Part shown: in pieces, positions 12,409 through 22,964 of the stretch
Numbering within the stretch: the stretch's first letter is position 1
Layout: each line of letters starts with the position of its first letter
From: an uncultured virus (IMG/VR IMGVR_UViG_3300037483_001817)
Taxonomy: Duplodnaviria; Heunggongvirae; Uroviricota; Caudoviricetes
Length of the DNA: 64,000 nt
Direction: 5' to 3' (one strand)
IMG/VR virus record: IMGVR_UViG_3300037483_001817
Notes under the pieces: generated by a model
Databases searched by the model: none
Seen by the model: only the letters and a program-made list of their open reading frames with translations
What the model was told of the DNA's origin: nothing
Position numbers and translations under genes: made by a program

Positions 12409-13934
12409 GCTTCTTCCGCCGCGCTGGCGCGCTCATCGCGCGCTTCTTCACCTCCACTGCTGATCCAGGGGCAGCCGCTGGAGAGTTTCAGCTCTACAGC
12501 AAGGGCGACGGGGGCGGCGTCACGCAGTTGTTCGGGCAGTCTGATGACGGCACGGTGCATCAGATCACGCCATCGGCTGCCGGCGATAGCACCTGCTTGG
12601 TCTTCAAGCCCGGCAGTGGTGAGACCGGCCCGGTCATCTTCGATACGTGGGCTGGGTTGTACGCGCAGCTCACGACATTGCGTGCCACTGCGAACGGCGG
12701 TGGCTGCTACACGATCCAGTTCGACAGCTCGACGGCTGCCGACTTCTTCGGGACAACGATCCCGGCTGGCGCGTACGACATGACGGGCGTCTCCTGGGAG
12801 GGCACGAATGTCGGGAACGCGATCGGCGGTACGCCACCCACGGCGGCCGTGATCGCGGAAGGCGCGACGTTCACGGGCGGTCCGCTTCGTTTCGAAGCAT
12901 TGCTCTTGTTCTCTCGCGCCACGGCCACGCCGCCCTTCACGATCACGAACACGGCGACGGATACAGTCGAGCTGATCAACGTGATCATTCAAACCGAGAC
13001 GTCACCAATTCCGGTGTTCAATGTATCAGGTGGTGGGTTTCTACAGCTCCATCTCACGTTCACCGACTTTGCCGGCGGTACCGGGAAACCTACGCTTGAA
13101 GTGGGAGCGTCCAGCGCTGCAAATCTTCGACTGGGACCTGGAGCAGTCGTCGAAGCAAATGCCTTCATCACGACGGGCGACGGCGGAATCGGTATCACGC
13201 TCGACGCCTCGACAGCGAACTACAGTGAGGATCAACCGTTAGCGACCGGCGCAGCAATCGCACCCGACGGCGACGTGAATGACACGATCACTCGTCACTT
13301 CACGACGGACGTCCAGGTCGCCAACGCTGACGTCTTCCCGCAGCAGCTCGCCCTGTTCAATGCTTCAGGGGGTTCACTGCCCGTTGCCCAGCTTCCGCAA
13401 GCGCTGCTCAGCGACAACCGTTACAAATGGGTACTGATCAAGGAGACGTCTGGTCAGCCGTCTTCGAGCGCTGACGGCAGCATGGGTGTCGTGATCCAGC
13501 CGTTCGCGGGGGATTCGATCGACGGCGTTCCAGGTGCTGCGTTGCTTCTGCCCGGAGCGCAGGTCGCATATCTCTCGCGCGGTAACGGCAACTGGAACTC
13601 AGCCTGGAAGACTGCGGGCGTTCCCGAGAAGGTCTTCGCGAGCGTCGTAATCAATCCGAACGGCGGTGTCGAGCAGCGCGTCGCCTTCTTCAACGTCGGT
13701 GCCGTGACCAAGAACGGCAACGGCGACTGGACGCTCACGTTCAGCAATCCGTTCCCGACCGGCTACTTTCCGATCGTCACGTTTGGATTCCGTGATCAGG
13801 GGTTGGTCTTCGGCAACTACGTCTTGATCGATAACTCCAGCATCGAAATCCTCACGTACAACGCTGCCGGCGTGCTCACGGATCCCAATTACGTCAATGT
13901 CGTGGTGCATCTCGCACCGGAGCTCGTTGATTGA
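12405..13934 (+). CDS. Putative virion fibre/appendage protein 2 (509 aa)
   Basis: True start is the ATG at 12405 (ATGA overlap). Same N-terminal module; G/T/A-rich beta body; LP..IKE..DSIDG..GNW and NGNGDWTLTF segments typical of phage fibre proteins. Confidence 0.7.
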
Positions 13935-14100
13935 TGAGCTTCTTCCGTCGAGCCGGCGCACTCATTGCGCGTTTCTTCACATCAGCTGCTGATCCGGGTG
14001 CTGCCGTTGGAGAGTTCCAGCTCTACAGCAAGGGCGACGGGGGCGGCGTCACGCAGTTGTTCGGGCAGTCTGATGACGGAACGGTGCATCAGATCACGCC
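12489..14100 (+). repeat. 83-bp direct repeat (12489-12571 and 14018-14100) with 1 mismatch
   Basis: cagctctacagcaagggcgac...cagatcacgcc is identical except GGC/GGA. Confidence 0.95.
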
Positions 14101-15061
14101 GGCCGCGGGCGGCGGCGGTTTGCAGTACGCCTTCGTGTACCAACCGGGCGGCGTTCCGCACGACAACGTCTATGACGACTGGACAGTGCTGGTCTCCGCA
14201 ATGAGCGCAATCAGTGGCCCGAAGTTGCTCCAGTTCGACGATCAGTTCGGCACGCTATCGGTTCCCGTCGGCACATGGGACATGACGAGCACCGTATGGG
14301 AAGGCGTCGATAAGGGGCCGACGCTTGCGCTGGGCTCGACGACAGTCCTGTTCGACGATGGCGCGGTGATTACGCGGCTGCGTACGGTCCGAGGGCTACA
14401 CCTCCAGTGTCTCGGAGCGACGGCCATCAACGATCTTGACGATGGGGACATCTTCATCCTCGACGACTACTCTGTCATCGGCGGTGACGACTTCCCCGTG
14501 ATCAGCCTGGCCGGCATCGGGCTATTCAAGACCGCTACGATCTGCGTCCGTCACGGCTCCCAAGTGCTTCAGCAGGAGATAGCGATCACGGATCTCACGC
14601 AGACCTTGGTCATCGAAGTGGACAAGTTCTCGCTGCTCGAATCGAACACCATATCCAACGGCTTCTCAGGTACCGGCACCCTCGTCATTCACAGCCAAGG
14701 TTCGACGCTGAGCGCGCCCGCGCTGCAAAGTTTCTTTGCTGGCATTGTGCAGCTACGCTACGACATCAGCGGCTTCAACCCGGTAGCGGACCAAACGCCA
14801 CTGGCGCTTGATCCCGGCATGGTTGCCTACTACACGCTCGGCGCGGCCAGCACGATCGTCAACCTGCCTGTGGCATCGTGGCACCCCGGCGCGATGATCA
14901 TCGTGAAGAATTCGTCGTCGTCCCCAAATCCGATCGTGATCACGCCGACCGCGCCCGACACGATCGACGGTGCGGTGGACTACACCATCACGGTCGCGCA
15001 AGGTTCAGCGATCGTGGTCTCAGATGGCGTCTCGAATTGGATGATCGTGTCAAAGACCTAA
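13934..15061 (+). CDS. Putative virion fibre/appendage protein 3 (375 aa)
   Basis: Same N-terminal module; C-terminal VNLPVA..GAMIIVKN..PDTIDG..VSDGVSNWMIV domain. Confidence 0.7.
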   Translation: MSFFRRAGALIARFFTSAADPGAAVGEFQLYSKGDGGGVTQLFGQSDDGTVHQITPAAGGGGLQYAFVYQPGGVPHDNVYDDWTVLVSAMSAISGPKLLQFDDQFGTLSVPVGTWDMTSTVWEGVDKGPTLALGSTTVLFDDGAVITRLRTVRGLHLQCLGATAINDLDDGDIFILDDYSVIGGDDFPVISLAGIGLFKTATICVRHGSQVLQQEIAITDLTQTLVIEVDKFSLLESNTISNGFSGTGTLVIHSQGSTLSAPALQSFFAGIVQLRYDISGFNPVADQTPLALDPGMVAYYTLGAASTIVNLPVASWHPGAMIIVKNSSSSPNPIVITPTAPDTIDGAVDYTITVAQGSAIVVSDGVSNWMIVSKT

Positions 15062-15087
15062 CGTCACTCCACGGCGACGAAGAGAAC

Positions 15088-15579
15088 ATGATCAATAAGC
15101 CCCTCGAGTTCTGTACACACCTTGCCCGCGCGATCCGCGCAAACGTGAAGACGACCACGTGGAAGCCACTGTCCCCCGCAGACCAGGAACGTCGTGCAGC
15201 GGGCTATACGAGTCCGAACGTGCCATTCCCTGCGGGATCGGTGTCACCGCTGATGGAGCCGTGGGGCTACGTGAATGGCAAGATCACGTTCGCCTCTTCA
15301 TTCGCGCCGGACACTGCGACCGGACCCTCAACGCCACCACCTGGATGGCGTCCGATGCGGGGAACACGCTGGGAAAAGTCACTGCTCATCAGCTCATGTG
15401 ACCTCGTCCAGCTCTCGACGATCACCGAGGAGAAGGCACGCCTCACAGGAACGAACCCTCCCGAAGGCTCGACGTACCTTGCCGAGTTCGAACGGCAGTG
15501 GCGTGCTGCCTACCGTGGAGCGCAGGCGTGGGACAGCGATCCGTACTGCTGGTTGATCGCGTTCACGCTCGCCGTATAG
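15088..15579 (+). CDS. ASCH/PUA-like phage protein (tentative)
   Basis: AIRANVKTTT, L.TITEE.A, and C-terminal AWDSDPYCWLIAF resembling the W..NPWVWVIEF ending of this family. Confidence 0.45.
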   Translation: MINKPLEFCTHLARAIRANVKTTTWKPLSPADQERRAAGYTSPNVPFPAGSVSPLMEPWGYVNGKITFASSFAPDTATGPSTPPPGWRPMRGTRWEKSLLISSCDLVQLSTITEEKARLTGTNPPEGSTYLAEFERQWRAAYRGAQAWDSDPYCWLIAFTLAV

Positions 15580-16406
15580 CACTGCAAGAGCCCGCAATCC
15601 CTCCAACGTGGTGACTTAGCGGTCGGCCTCGTCTGTTCAAGGCAGCGAGGTGCGGAAACGGTCGGCGACGCTGCCCTCTATCTACCAGCGAATCTCCCAG
15701 CCACCTGGTGCCCAGCCCTGGCGCACGATCGCCGCGACGCACTGATCCTTTGCATCTCGCAGCGACGAGCACTCACTGTTCTCACCGCCCGTGCCGCGGT
15801 CGTCCCACGTATGCCACGTAAACCGATCTTCACTGTTCTGCCAAATCGTGGCTCGTTCGCGACCGCGACCGTCGAGGAGATCCCACTGCCGTTGCAGTCC
15901 GAGATGCGGAGCGATGGATCGATCGACCCAGCGCCACGACTTGATCACGAACGCCCCTGATGCTTCTCGATCGCGCGTGCCAGCCCGCGGATACGCGAGA
16001 GCGTGAGCCGCAGTCGACCGCCCGGGCTCCACCTCGAGTGCGAGTCCCTCGGGCCACGCGCGATACCACTCATCACACCCTCACAGCGAGGGCTTCCTTT
16101 CGAGTTCGCCGTCCGCGTCGAGTTCGTTCACGAGCCGGAACAGCTCGCGGTACGCAACCTCGCGACCCGTCGCGCTGCTCTGGACCTCAAGAGAGGTGTA
16201 CTTCTTGACCTGGTCAGCGAGCATAACGAGCGCCTCAAGCACGGTCGAGTACGCGGTCTTGTCGTGCGGGATGTCGTGCTGGAACCGGTCCGACTCGACG
16301 ACCTGGCGCGCGGTCTTGATGATGTTATGCAAACGCTCGTTCATCGTATCTCCGTTGAAGTTAACCGAACAGCTCACGCATTCTTCTCACATGCATCGGC
16401 ACTCAG

Positions 16407-16919
16407 TCACCAGCGCTCTCCAAACAGGTCGAGCTGCGTCGCTGCCGAGGAAGCACACTCTGGTTCTAAGCTGCCGTTACCCCGGACGTGGACCACCGCG
16501 GCACCAGAACGTGCGAGGACGGGCGCGATAAGAAGACGGCGATGACAGCGTGACGGATCTTCCTCGGCGCAGAGAATCACGGTCTGCCGGCACCGCGCGA
16601 TCGCAACAAGGTTTGCGATTCCCTCCGCGAAATCAGGAGCCAACGCACGGCGATCGTAATCGACGGTACCGTCCTGCCGATAGAACGTCCGATCGTCAGG
16701 ACGACCGCCGAGCTGCCGGCCCAAGAAGACATAGGCGACTTGCTCGCCGAGCAAACGCGCCAACTCAGCTTTGTCGAAGTGCGGTGCCCACTTCGAGTGA
16801 GGCTGCGATCGAACATCAACGAGCTGCTCGATCGCGTGTGTACGCAGGAGTGCTAGGAAATGCTCGGCCGTGTGCCTCGAATGCCCGATGGTAAAAATCG
16901 TGTTTTCGGGCATGGGCAA
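16407..16919 (-). CDS. DUF488 family protein
   Basis: IFTIGHS..LVDVRSQPHS..LGGRP..LCAEEDPSRCHRRLLIA. Confidence 0.92.
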   Translation of the reverse strand: MPMPENTIFTIGHSRHTAEHFLALLRTHAIEQLVDVRSQPHSKWAPHFDKAELARLLGEQVAYVFLGRQLGGRPDDRTFYRQDGTVDYDRRALAPDFAEGIANLVAIARCRQTVILCAEEDPSRCHRRLLIAPVLARSGAAVVHVRGNGSLEPECASSAATQLDLFGERW

Positions 16920-17495
16920 CGATATCTTCCTTCAGAGTACAAGAGCGGCGATCTGAGCGCGAAGGTTCCGCAGCGCGGGCCCTGGCGGTCCATTAAACCA
17001 CACGTCGTCCTTACCGCGCTCCATGCTCTTGTTGCTATCGAACTGCGTAACCACGCCGAGCGACCGTGCACGATCGAGCAGGGCCGTCGCGCGCTCGATG
17101 TCGATATCACCACCGAACCGGTAGCCAACAACGCGTGACAGCGACGGCTTGTGGGACGGGCGACGCTTCATATCGATTCCTTGAGCTTGTAGAGCTTGGC
17201 GGCCAAGAAAGCTGGATTGGGCGAAACGCCGAGCTCGCAGTGGATGCAGCGGACGCGCTCCGGCGCAAACGGCGGCTTCTCACCGTTCAACACACGCGCG
17301 GTCCTCGGGCCCAGTGCTGGGATCGAGCGAAAGGCGAGATGTCCGCATTCGAGCGTCAGCATCCACGCCTCCCCACCATGTACTCCGGTCTGTGTCTCGA
17401 TGAACCGGACCTCGCGCCACGGCGCGGTCGATGCAGTTCGAGACTTCGGCGGAAGGCCGACCGATCGCCGCTTCGTACCCATTACGTTAGCCTCT

Positions 17496-18134
17496 TCACG
17501 GTACCATCTCCGTCGCGAGCGCGTGTTGCGCCCAGAAGGTCTGGGCCTCCTCAAGCTGCTTCCACAACTGAGTCAACTTCGCGTCGGTAGCGTCCACTGT
17601 CCCAGCGATCGCGGTGATCTGCGCGGAAAGGTCGCCCGGCTCCTTCGGCGACGCAGGCGTGTCGAGCGCTGCAACACCATATGCGGTGTAGAGGATGCAC
17701 GGATGCTTGATCGTCTTCGACCCCGCGCAATGCACGCAAGTCACATTTCCCTCCCCGTTGCAGGTGGAACACGCCTCTTGGTGCGGACCCGCAATCATGC
17801 GCACGAAACGCGTCGGCCTCTTCGGCCGTGTGACGAGTCGCGAGACCCATGCGCGATCACCGCGCTGCGCGTAGTAGACGTCGGCTTCGGGGACAGGCGG
17901 ATCGCCCGCGCTTGGCCCGTAAAGCTCATTCGTTGCCGTCCCGAGATAGTCAGGAAGCTCGAACGTATGAACGAAGACCCGTGCGTTCCGCGGCAACGTT
18001 GCGCAACCTCGTTCGTTGAGGGTCTCGTAATTCCCCGTGCGCGCACGAAACACCGCACGCCCTTCAGCGAAGATGTGGTCCCATTGCTCGTCCGTGAACA
18101 CGTGATCCACATGCGAAAACTTGTGTAGAAGCAT
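17496..18134 (-). CDS. Hypothetical protein with DnaJ-type CxxCxGxG Zn finger
   Basis: CSTCNGEG..CVHCAGS..CILY. Confidence 0.6.
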   Translation of the reverse strand: MLLHKFSHVDHVFTDEQWDHIFAEGRAVFRARTGNYETLNERGCATLPRNARVFVHTFELPDYLGTATNELYGPSAGDPPVPEADVYYAQRGDRAWVSRLVTRPKRPTRFVRMIAGPHQEACSTCNGEGNVTCVHCAGSKTIKHPCILYTAYGVAALDTPASPKEPGDLSAQITAIAGTVDATDAKLTQLWKQLEEAQTFWAQHALATEMVP

Positions 18135-18136
18135 CC

Positions 18137-18733
18137 CTACGTTTGCCTCTTGGTCAGTCCATCATCGTTTGATGGCAGTGCTCCCCAGGTCTCGCCGTGC
18201 TGTACGTCGACGCACAACGGGATCTTTCCAAACTCGCAGGGCTCATCCAGCGTGGAAATCATCTCCCGTTCCATCGCGCGCAGCGCGCCCAGGTCGGAAT
18301 CCGGCGCGTCTTCGATCCCGAGCTGGATCGTGAACGCGACAGCAGCGACCGTCAGATCCCTCGGAACGATCCTTTGCGCGACGCGTATCGCGGCGGACTC
18401 CGAGGCGACCAGCTGCGGAAGCGCGTAACGACGAGCCGCACGCGCCAGGTCGCTGAGGACGCACGACATGTCATGGGTCATCACCAGCCGCAACGTCATG
18501 GCACCCCACTCGTCGTGCCACGTCCCCAGCTTGGAGATCACGGCACGTTCCAGCTCGTGGGCCTCATCCGAGGAGCGGCCCGCCTCGATCGCGAGCTGGA
18601 TCGTGAACGCAACTGCTGCTTCGATGAGGTGTTTGGGAACACCCGTCTCGTTGGACGGCGTGTACCGGTAAGCGGCGCTCTTCAGCGCTTCGAGAGCCTC
18701 CCAGAGATCGTTGGTCATGAGGACGAGCTTCAC
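18137..18733 (-). CDS. Hypothetical protein built from two tandem homologous domains
   Basis: MTNDL..AAYRY..AAVAFTIQLAIE and MTHDM..AARRY..AAVAFTIQLGIE. Confidence 0.75.
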   Translation of the reverse strand: MKLVLMTNDLWEALEALKSAAYRYTPSNETGVPKHLIEAAVAFTIQLAIEAGRSSDEAHELERAVISKLGTWHDEWGAMTLRLVMTHDMSCVLSDLARAARRYALPQLVASESAAIRVAQRIVPRDLTVAAVAFTIQLGIEDAPDSDLGALRAMEREMISTLDEPCEFGKIPLCVDVQHGETWGALPSNDDGLTKRQT

Positions 18734-19106
18734 GCTGGATCCCTCCTGTGTGGACGCATGTTGAAGTAGCGGTGCGCGAAATCGCGAAGAGCGAGCGGTT
18801 CGCTCCACGCTCCGGGAGCAGACATCGCGCACCGCTCACACTCCCTCACGCACCATTTGTTCATGTGCTCCGCCGAGGTCGCACCAACCGGCTTTGCGTG
18901 CCCACCCTCGTACGTCCCAGGATCAACCGGAGCGTCGCCTAGCTCGTCATCGGAGAGCCATGCGAAGTCATCCGGATCGGAGCCGTCGCCGACCATGACG
19001 TGCGGCCTCGTGTTGGTGCCCCACGCCTTATCGCAGCGACCGTCACACGCGACCTTGGCGAGCTGGTCGCCAAAGTCGACGAAATTCTCGAACCTGCGTG
19101 GACCGC

Positions 19107-20315
19107 TCACTCGGGCCTTTTTCCGATCACCTCGACCTCGTCGAAGTCTAGTTCACGGTTGATGAGATACACGGGATCCTCGTAGTCACCCTTGTAGTCG
19201 AGGATCGAGACGATCGTGCACGCACGCACGCGGAGGAAGTCGTTGACCTCCTCCTGAGTGAAGCAGTCGCGTTGACCCTTGATCGCCTCCGCGAGCGTCT
19301 TGCGGCGCTTCTCGTAGGCCGCGTGATCGGCAACGTAGATGCCGCGAGCGTCCTTCGGCGTCACCTTGACGAGCTGGTTCTCGCACGATCCACGCGAGTG
19401 GCCTGGAACGCGCCAGCCCTCGGCGCCGATCACGCCACACCAGAGGAACCCGTCATAGGCCACCTCGGGAAGATCAGGTCCGCTCTTGATGTAGGTCGGC
19501 GCCAGCCGCTGACCCGAGCCGTCCATGCCGTAGCGATCGGCCAACTGCAACTCGTCCAGACACTTCTTCCCCAGCTCGATGCGCCGCGCGTCGCGTGGCT
19601 CGCCGTATGCGAAGAAAGGTCCGATCCCCGACGGAAACGGGATCGGAGCCGGCTCTGCGCATACATCGGGAATTACTTCCACGAGAGGAAACTCTTCGAT
19701 GTATGCGAGGACACCCTGAAGGTGCGTGCGTACTTCGTTCATAACCTCCGCCGTGTCGTAGGACTTGGGTTCGTCGCCCTCAGGGCCGTACTCGCGTCCG
19801 TCCTGGTCCCACTCCAAACTGCTGGCCCGCTGCCCACGATAAGAACGCTGCCCCGAGTATTTGACGCACACGCGCGGTTCGTTGTTGAGCCGCGCGTTGG
19901 GACGCGTCCACCAGGTAGCGCGATCTCCTTCCCAGTTATCGCCGACGTAGACGTAGAAGGTGGGTCCCGAGTCGTCCTCGTACACGGTCAGCGATCGCGT
20001 ACCGAAGCGAACGTCGTGGACCGCCGCCGTATCGTTCCACCGCCCTCCGGCTAGCTGACCTTGCGGACGTCCAAAGTGGATCATGATGTCGTGATGGCCA
20101 AGATCGATGGCGTTCTGGTCGCTCGTAACGCTCTCGACGTATCGGAGCTTCTGGGCCCCGCTGCCGTAGTCGTAGAAGACGACGGACAAACCAGGGACCT
20201 TCCAGTCGCGTGCATGGAGGGCACGGACGATCTGCTCGGACACCTCGTCAAACGGGAACTGACGGCTCTTGGGGTAGAGAAACTGCATCGAGAGTAGGGC
20301 TCCTGGTTGATTCAC
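19107..20315 (-). CDS. Hypothetical protein (402 aa), first gene after promoter cassette 1
   Basis: Long clean ORF; GTG start 14 nt after the GC of a sigma54-type core. Confidence 0.8.
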   Translation of the reverse strand: MNQPGALLSMQFLYPKSRQFPFDEVSEQIVRALHARDWKVPGLSVVFYDYGSGAQKLRYVESVTSDQNAIDLGHHDIMIHFGRPQGQLAGGRWNDTAAVHDVRFGTRSLTVYEDDSGPTFYVYVGDNWEGDRATWWTRPNARLNNEPRVCVKYSGQRSYRGQRASSLEWDQDGREYGPEGDEPKSYDTAEVMNEVRTHLQGVLAYIEEFPLVEVIPDVCAEPAPIPFPSGIGPFFAYGEPRDARRIELGKKCLDELQLADRYGMDGSGQRLAPTYIKSGPDLPEVAYDGFLWCGVIGAEGWRVPGHSRGSCENQLVKVTPKDARGIYVADHAAYEKRRKTLAEAIKGQRDCFTQEEVNDFLRVRACTIVSILDYKGDYEDPVYLINRELDFDEVEVIGKRPE

Positions 20316-20329
20316 GGTGGACTGCTATT

Positions 20330-20450
20330 GCGCTCCGCGTGCCGAGACCGGCACGTGCAACACCGCGATCATAGTGCCTGGGTGTCGCAGTACCTGGCTC
20401 GGAACGAACACGCTGGCCGTGACGCTCGAGAGACGGGTATGCAGGTACCC
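20330..20450 (-). promoter_or_regulatory. Cassette 1: sigma54-type promoter with two upstream GGGT-N8-ACCC boxes
   Basis: Minus-strand GGCACGCGGAGCGC (20343-20330); boxes at 20380-20395 and 20435-20450. Confidence 0.75.
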
Positions 20451-20950
20451 AGGACCATCAGCGCTTGAAGTCCGTGCGCGCCGCGAGTTGCGGAAGCTGG
20501 CTCCGACGAATCCGATAGACCTGGCAGCCGCTTGCATCGACTGTCCATGCGTCGCCGGTGCCGAAGTAATCGTGGAAGAGCTTGGACGGCACGGTGCCCA
20601 GAACCGCCTGAATCAGCACGCAACCAACCTTGCGGTGTTTGACGTCGTAGGCAATCCGATACTCTGGATCGTCCTCGGGATCGGCGAAGTCTTTCGGTGA
20701 CGTCGGTGCAGAAGACACTTTGTTCTTGGTAGACATCCCTATTCCTTTACGGCGGGCGGAGTGCCGGCTGCCGCGCGCGCTGCAACCTTCGGCAGCTTCG
20801 ACACTGTAATTTCGGAGGCGCGTGTGAGCTGATCTTGAGTCACGCCGACGGCGACGAGCGCTTGGAGGAATGTCTGCCGTCCCGCTTCGAAGTCGGCGAA
20901 GGCTTCCTCGCTCAATGCGTTGAACTCAGCCTTCAGCGTATCGATATTGG

Positions 20951-21011
20951 CGTTGGTCTCCTTGGCCATCGCGTCGATAGCGTCGTTGGTCTCCTTGGCC
21001 ATCGCGTCGAT
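20951..21011 (-). repeat. 33-bp-period in-frame tandem repeat (IDAMAKETN x2) in ORF 20739-21296
   Basis: cgttggtctccttggccatcgcgtcgat at 20951 and 20984. Confidence 0.9.
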
Positions 21012-22598
21012 GTCGTCTTTGAGCATCATCTCGGCGATCGGCGCAAGCAAATCAACGCGGTGATCGTGTAACCAGAGCAGCAGATCCTTCAAGTCGACGA
21101 GCGTCGAGTTGTGGCCGCCTTCGTTTGTCGCTTCGAGCACGAAACGTCGTTCTCCGCCAACATCGACGATCTTGTCGTCGGCGATCTGCACCTCGTTGAG
21201 GTACACGAGGTAGCTCTCCGCGTACTCGCGCACACCGAGGGTCACGCCATCGCGAACAAATGTCATCGGGACACCTTCTCGCTGTCGCCGGTTCATGCTG
21301 CCGCCTCCAGCAGCTCGACGTCACGAGGCCGCAGCTGCCGCAGCCATTCGAGGACCGCGGCCCAGCTGCGACGTGGCTCGAGCGCGCCATCCCCGAAGTC
21401 GACACACCACTGACCGTCCGTGGTGCGAAGCACCTCGTACGTGCGATTGGTCCACGTCATGCCAGGCCCCGTCTGGATCTGGCAGGTGATCAACGCACGA
21501 CTTTGCGGTTCGCGAAGTGCCTCGATGGTCGCGTAGTCAGCTCTCTCGTACGTAGTCATTTGCGGTACCTCCCCTTCGCCTCTGGTAGCAGCTTCGTCGA
21601 CCACTGCTCGATCGCGTGCGTGGCATCGTCGAACGTCGCACGCGGATCTAGTACCCAACGCCAGACTGCATGTAGTGGGCATATCCCTGTTGCAACGGCG
21701 TCAGCTCTCGCCACTCCTTCAGCGTGATGAGGTGCCAGTCGCAATGTTTGCAATGCAAGGGTGCGTCGATCGGCTCGGAGATGAGACCGCCGCACGCGGG
21801 GCAGTGGTGGCGCGTAGTGGTCATGGGCTGGATCTCCTTGCGTCTTTGCGCTCGCGTCTCACCCATTCCGGCAGCTTCGCGGGATCCAGCTCGATGAAGT
21901 GCTTGCAGACAGCGCAGTCGACGACGTAGCAGTTTGCGCTGTTGAAATCGTCCATGCCGCTGCCCAACTCGGCCATGTAGACGTCCGTATCGACAATTTC
22001 CAGGAGGGCCGAGCACTGGCGGCACGAGATCTGGATCGTCCAGGCACTCTTCGGATCTTTGATGATCTTCACGAGAGTTCTCCAGCGTCGTTGAACAACG
22101 GGCCTCCGCCAGCACCGAGCATTACCGTGTTGGTGAGCGCGCGCGCCTTGCTATTCATACCTATACGCGCCTCCGGGGACCCAGCGCAGTTGGAGATCGA
22201 GGCTGTCGAGCTGGCGATCGATCTCGTCGACCGCTTCAATCGACTTCGGGTCGTAGTTCTCGGGTGGCGCGGAGGCGTTCACACGCGTTCTCGCCAGCTC
22301 GGTTGTCAGCTCGGCCATCGTGGCCTTGAGCTTCTCGATGAGAGCAAACACTCTCTTTTCCTGGTAGCTGAAGGCGTGGTTGAACGGGTACACGCGCATG
22401 TCGCCGGCCTTGATCTTCTTGATGGTCCTCACGGGATACTCCTCAGTAGTGCTTTCCGTCTATGGACACTTCCGGCCTTGGTGACCTCGGCACGAACCCA
22501 GCTCCTTGCGGAACTCCAGCCGCAGACGCAGATCGCCTGGAAGCCTCCGCCGCCGAGTCCAACGATGATCCGGTGGATGACTCGAGCGTGGTCCTCGG

Positions 22599-22964
22599 TC
22601 ACAGGGGCTTCCTTCCTCGGCGTTGAGCAAGGGGGCGCTGTGCCTTGCCGTGCACCGGGCATCCGGCATCGCGGCAGCCTTTGATCTCGTTTGGATCGAC
22701 AGCGTGCGCGAGGGCGCTTGCCTGGGCTGCACTTTCGTCCGACACGTACGGCAGCTCGTGGTAGCCACCGATCGAGTACCCGATGAGCTGTGCGAACTGC
22801 TCGCGATCTTCCTGCGAGAAGGGCAGCTCCGCGAGGCTGTTCAGGTCGGCGAGCTTGTGTTTCTTGGCGAGGTCGCGCAGGTAGCAGACGATCGCGTTCC
22901 CGCGGAACCGCAAGATGCCCTCCTCGTCCTTGATGACGGGCTGCATGGGTTGCGGATCTTTCAC
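22599..22964 (-). CDS. Conserved phage-type hypothetical protein
   Basis: LRFRGNAIV..REQFAQLIGYSIGGYHELPYVSDE, a pattern I recall from phage hypotheticals. Confidence 0.6.
   Translation of the reverse strand: MKDPQPMQPVIKDEEGILRFRGNAIVCYLRDLAKKHKLADLNSLAELPFSQEDREQFAQLIGYSIGGYHELPYVSDESAAQASALAHAVDPNEIKGCRDAGCPVHGKAQRPLAQRRGRKPL

Noticed and set aside
20951..21011. 33-bp tandem repeat (and the 9-bp repeat at 63742) as functional repeat arrays
   Set aside because: Only 2-2.5 in-frame copies; ordinary local duplications.
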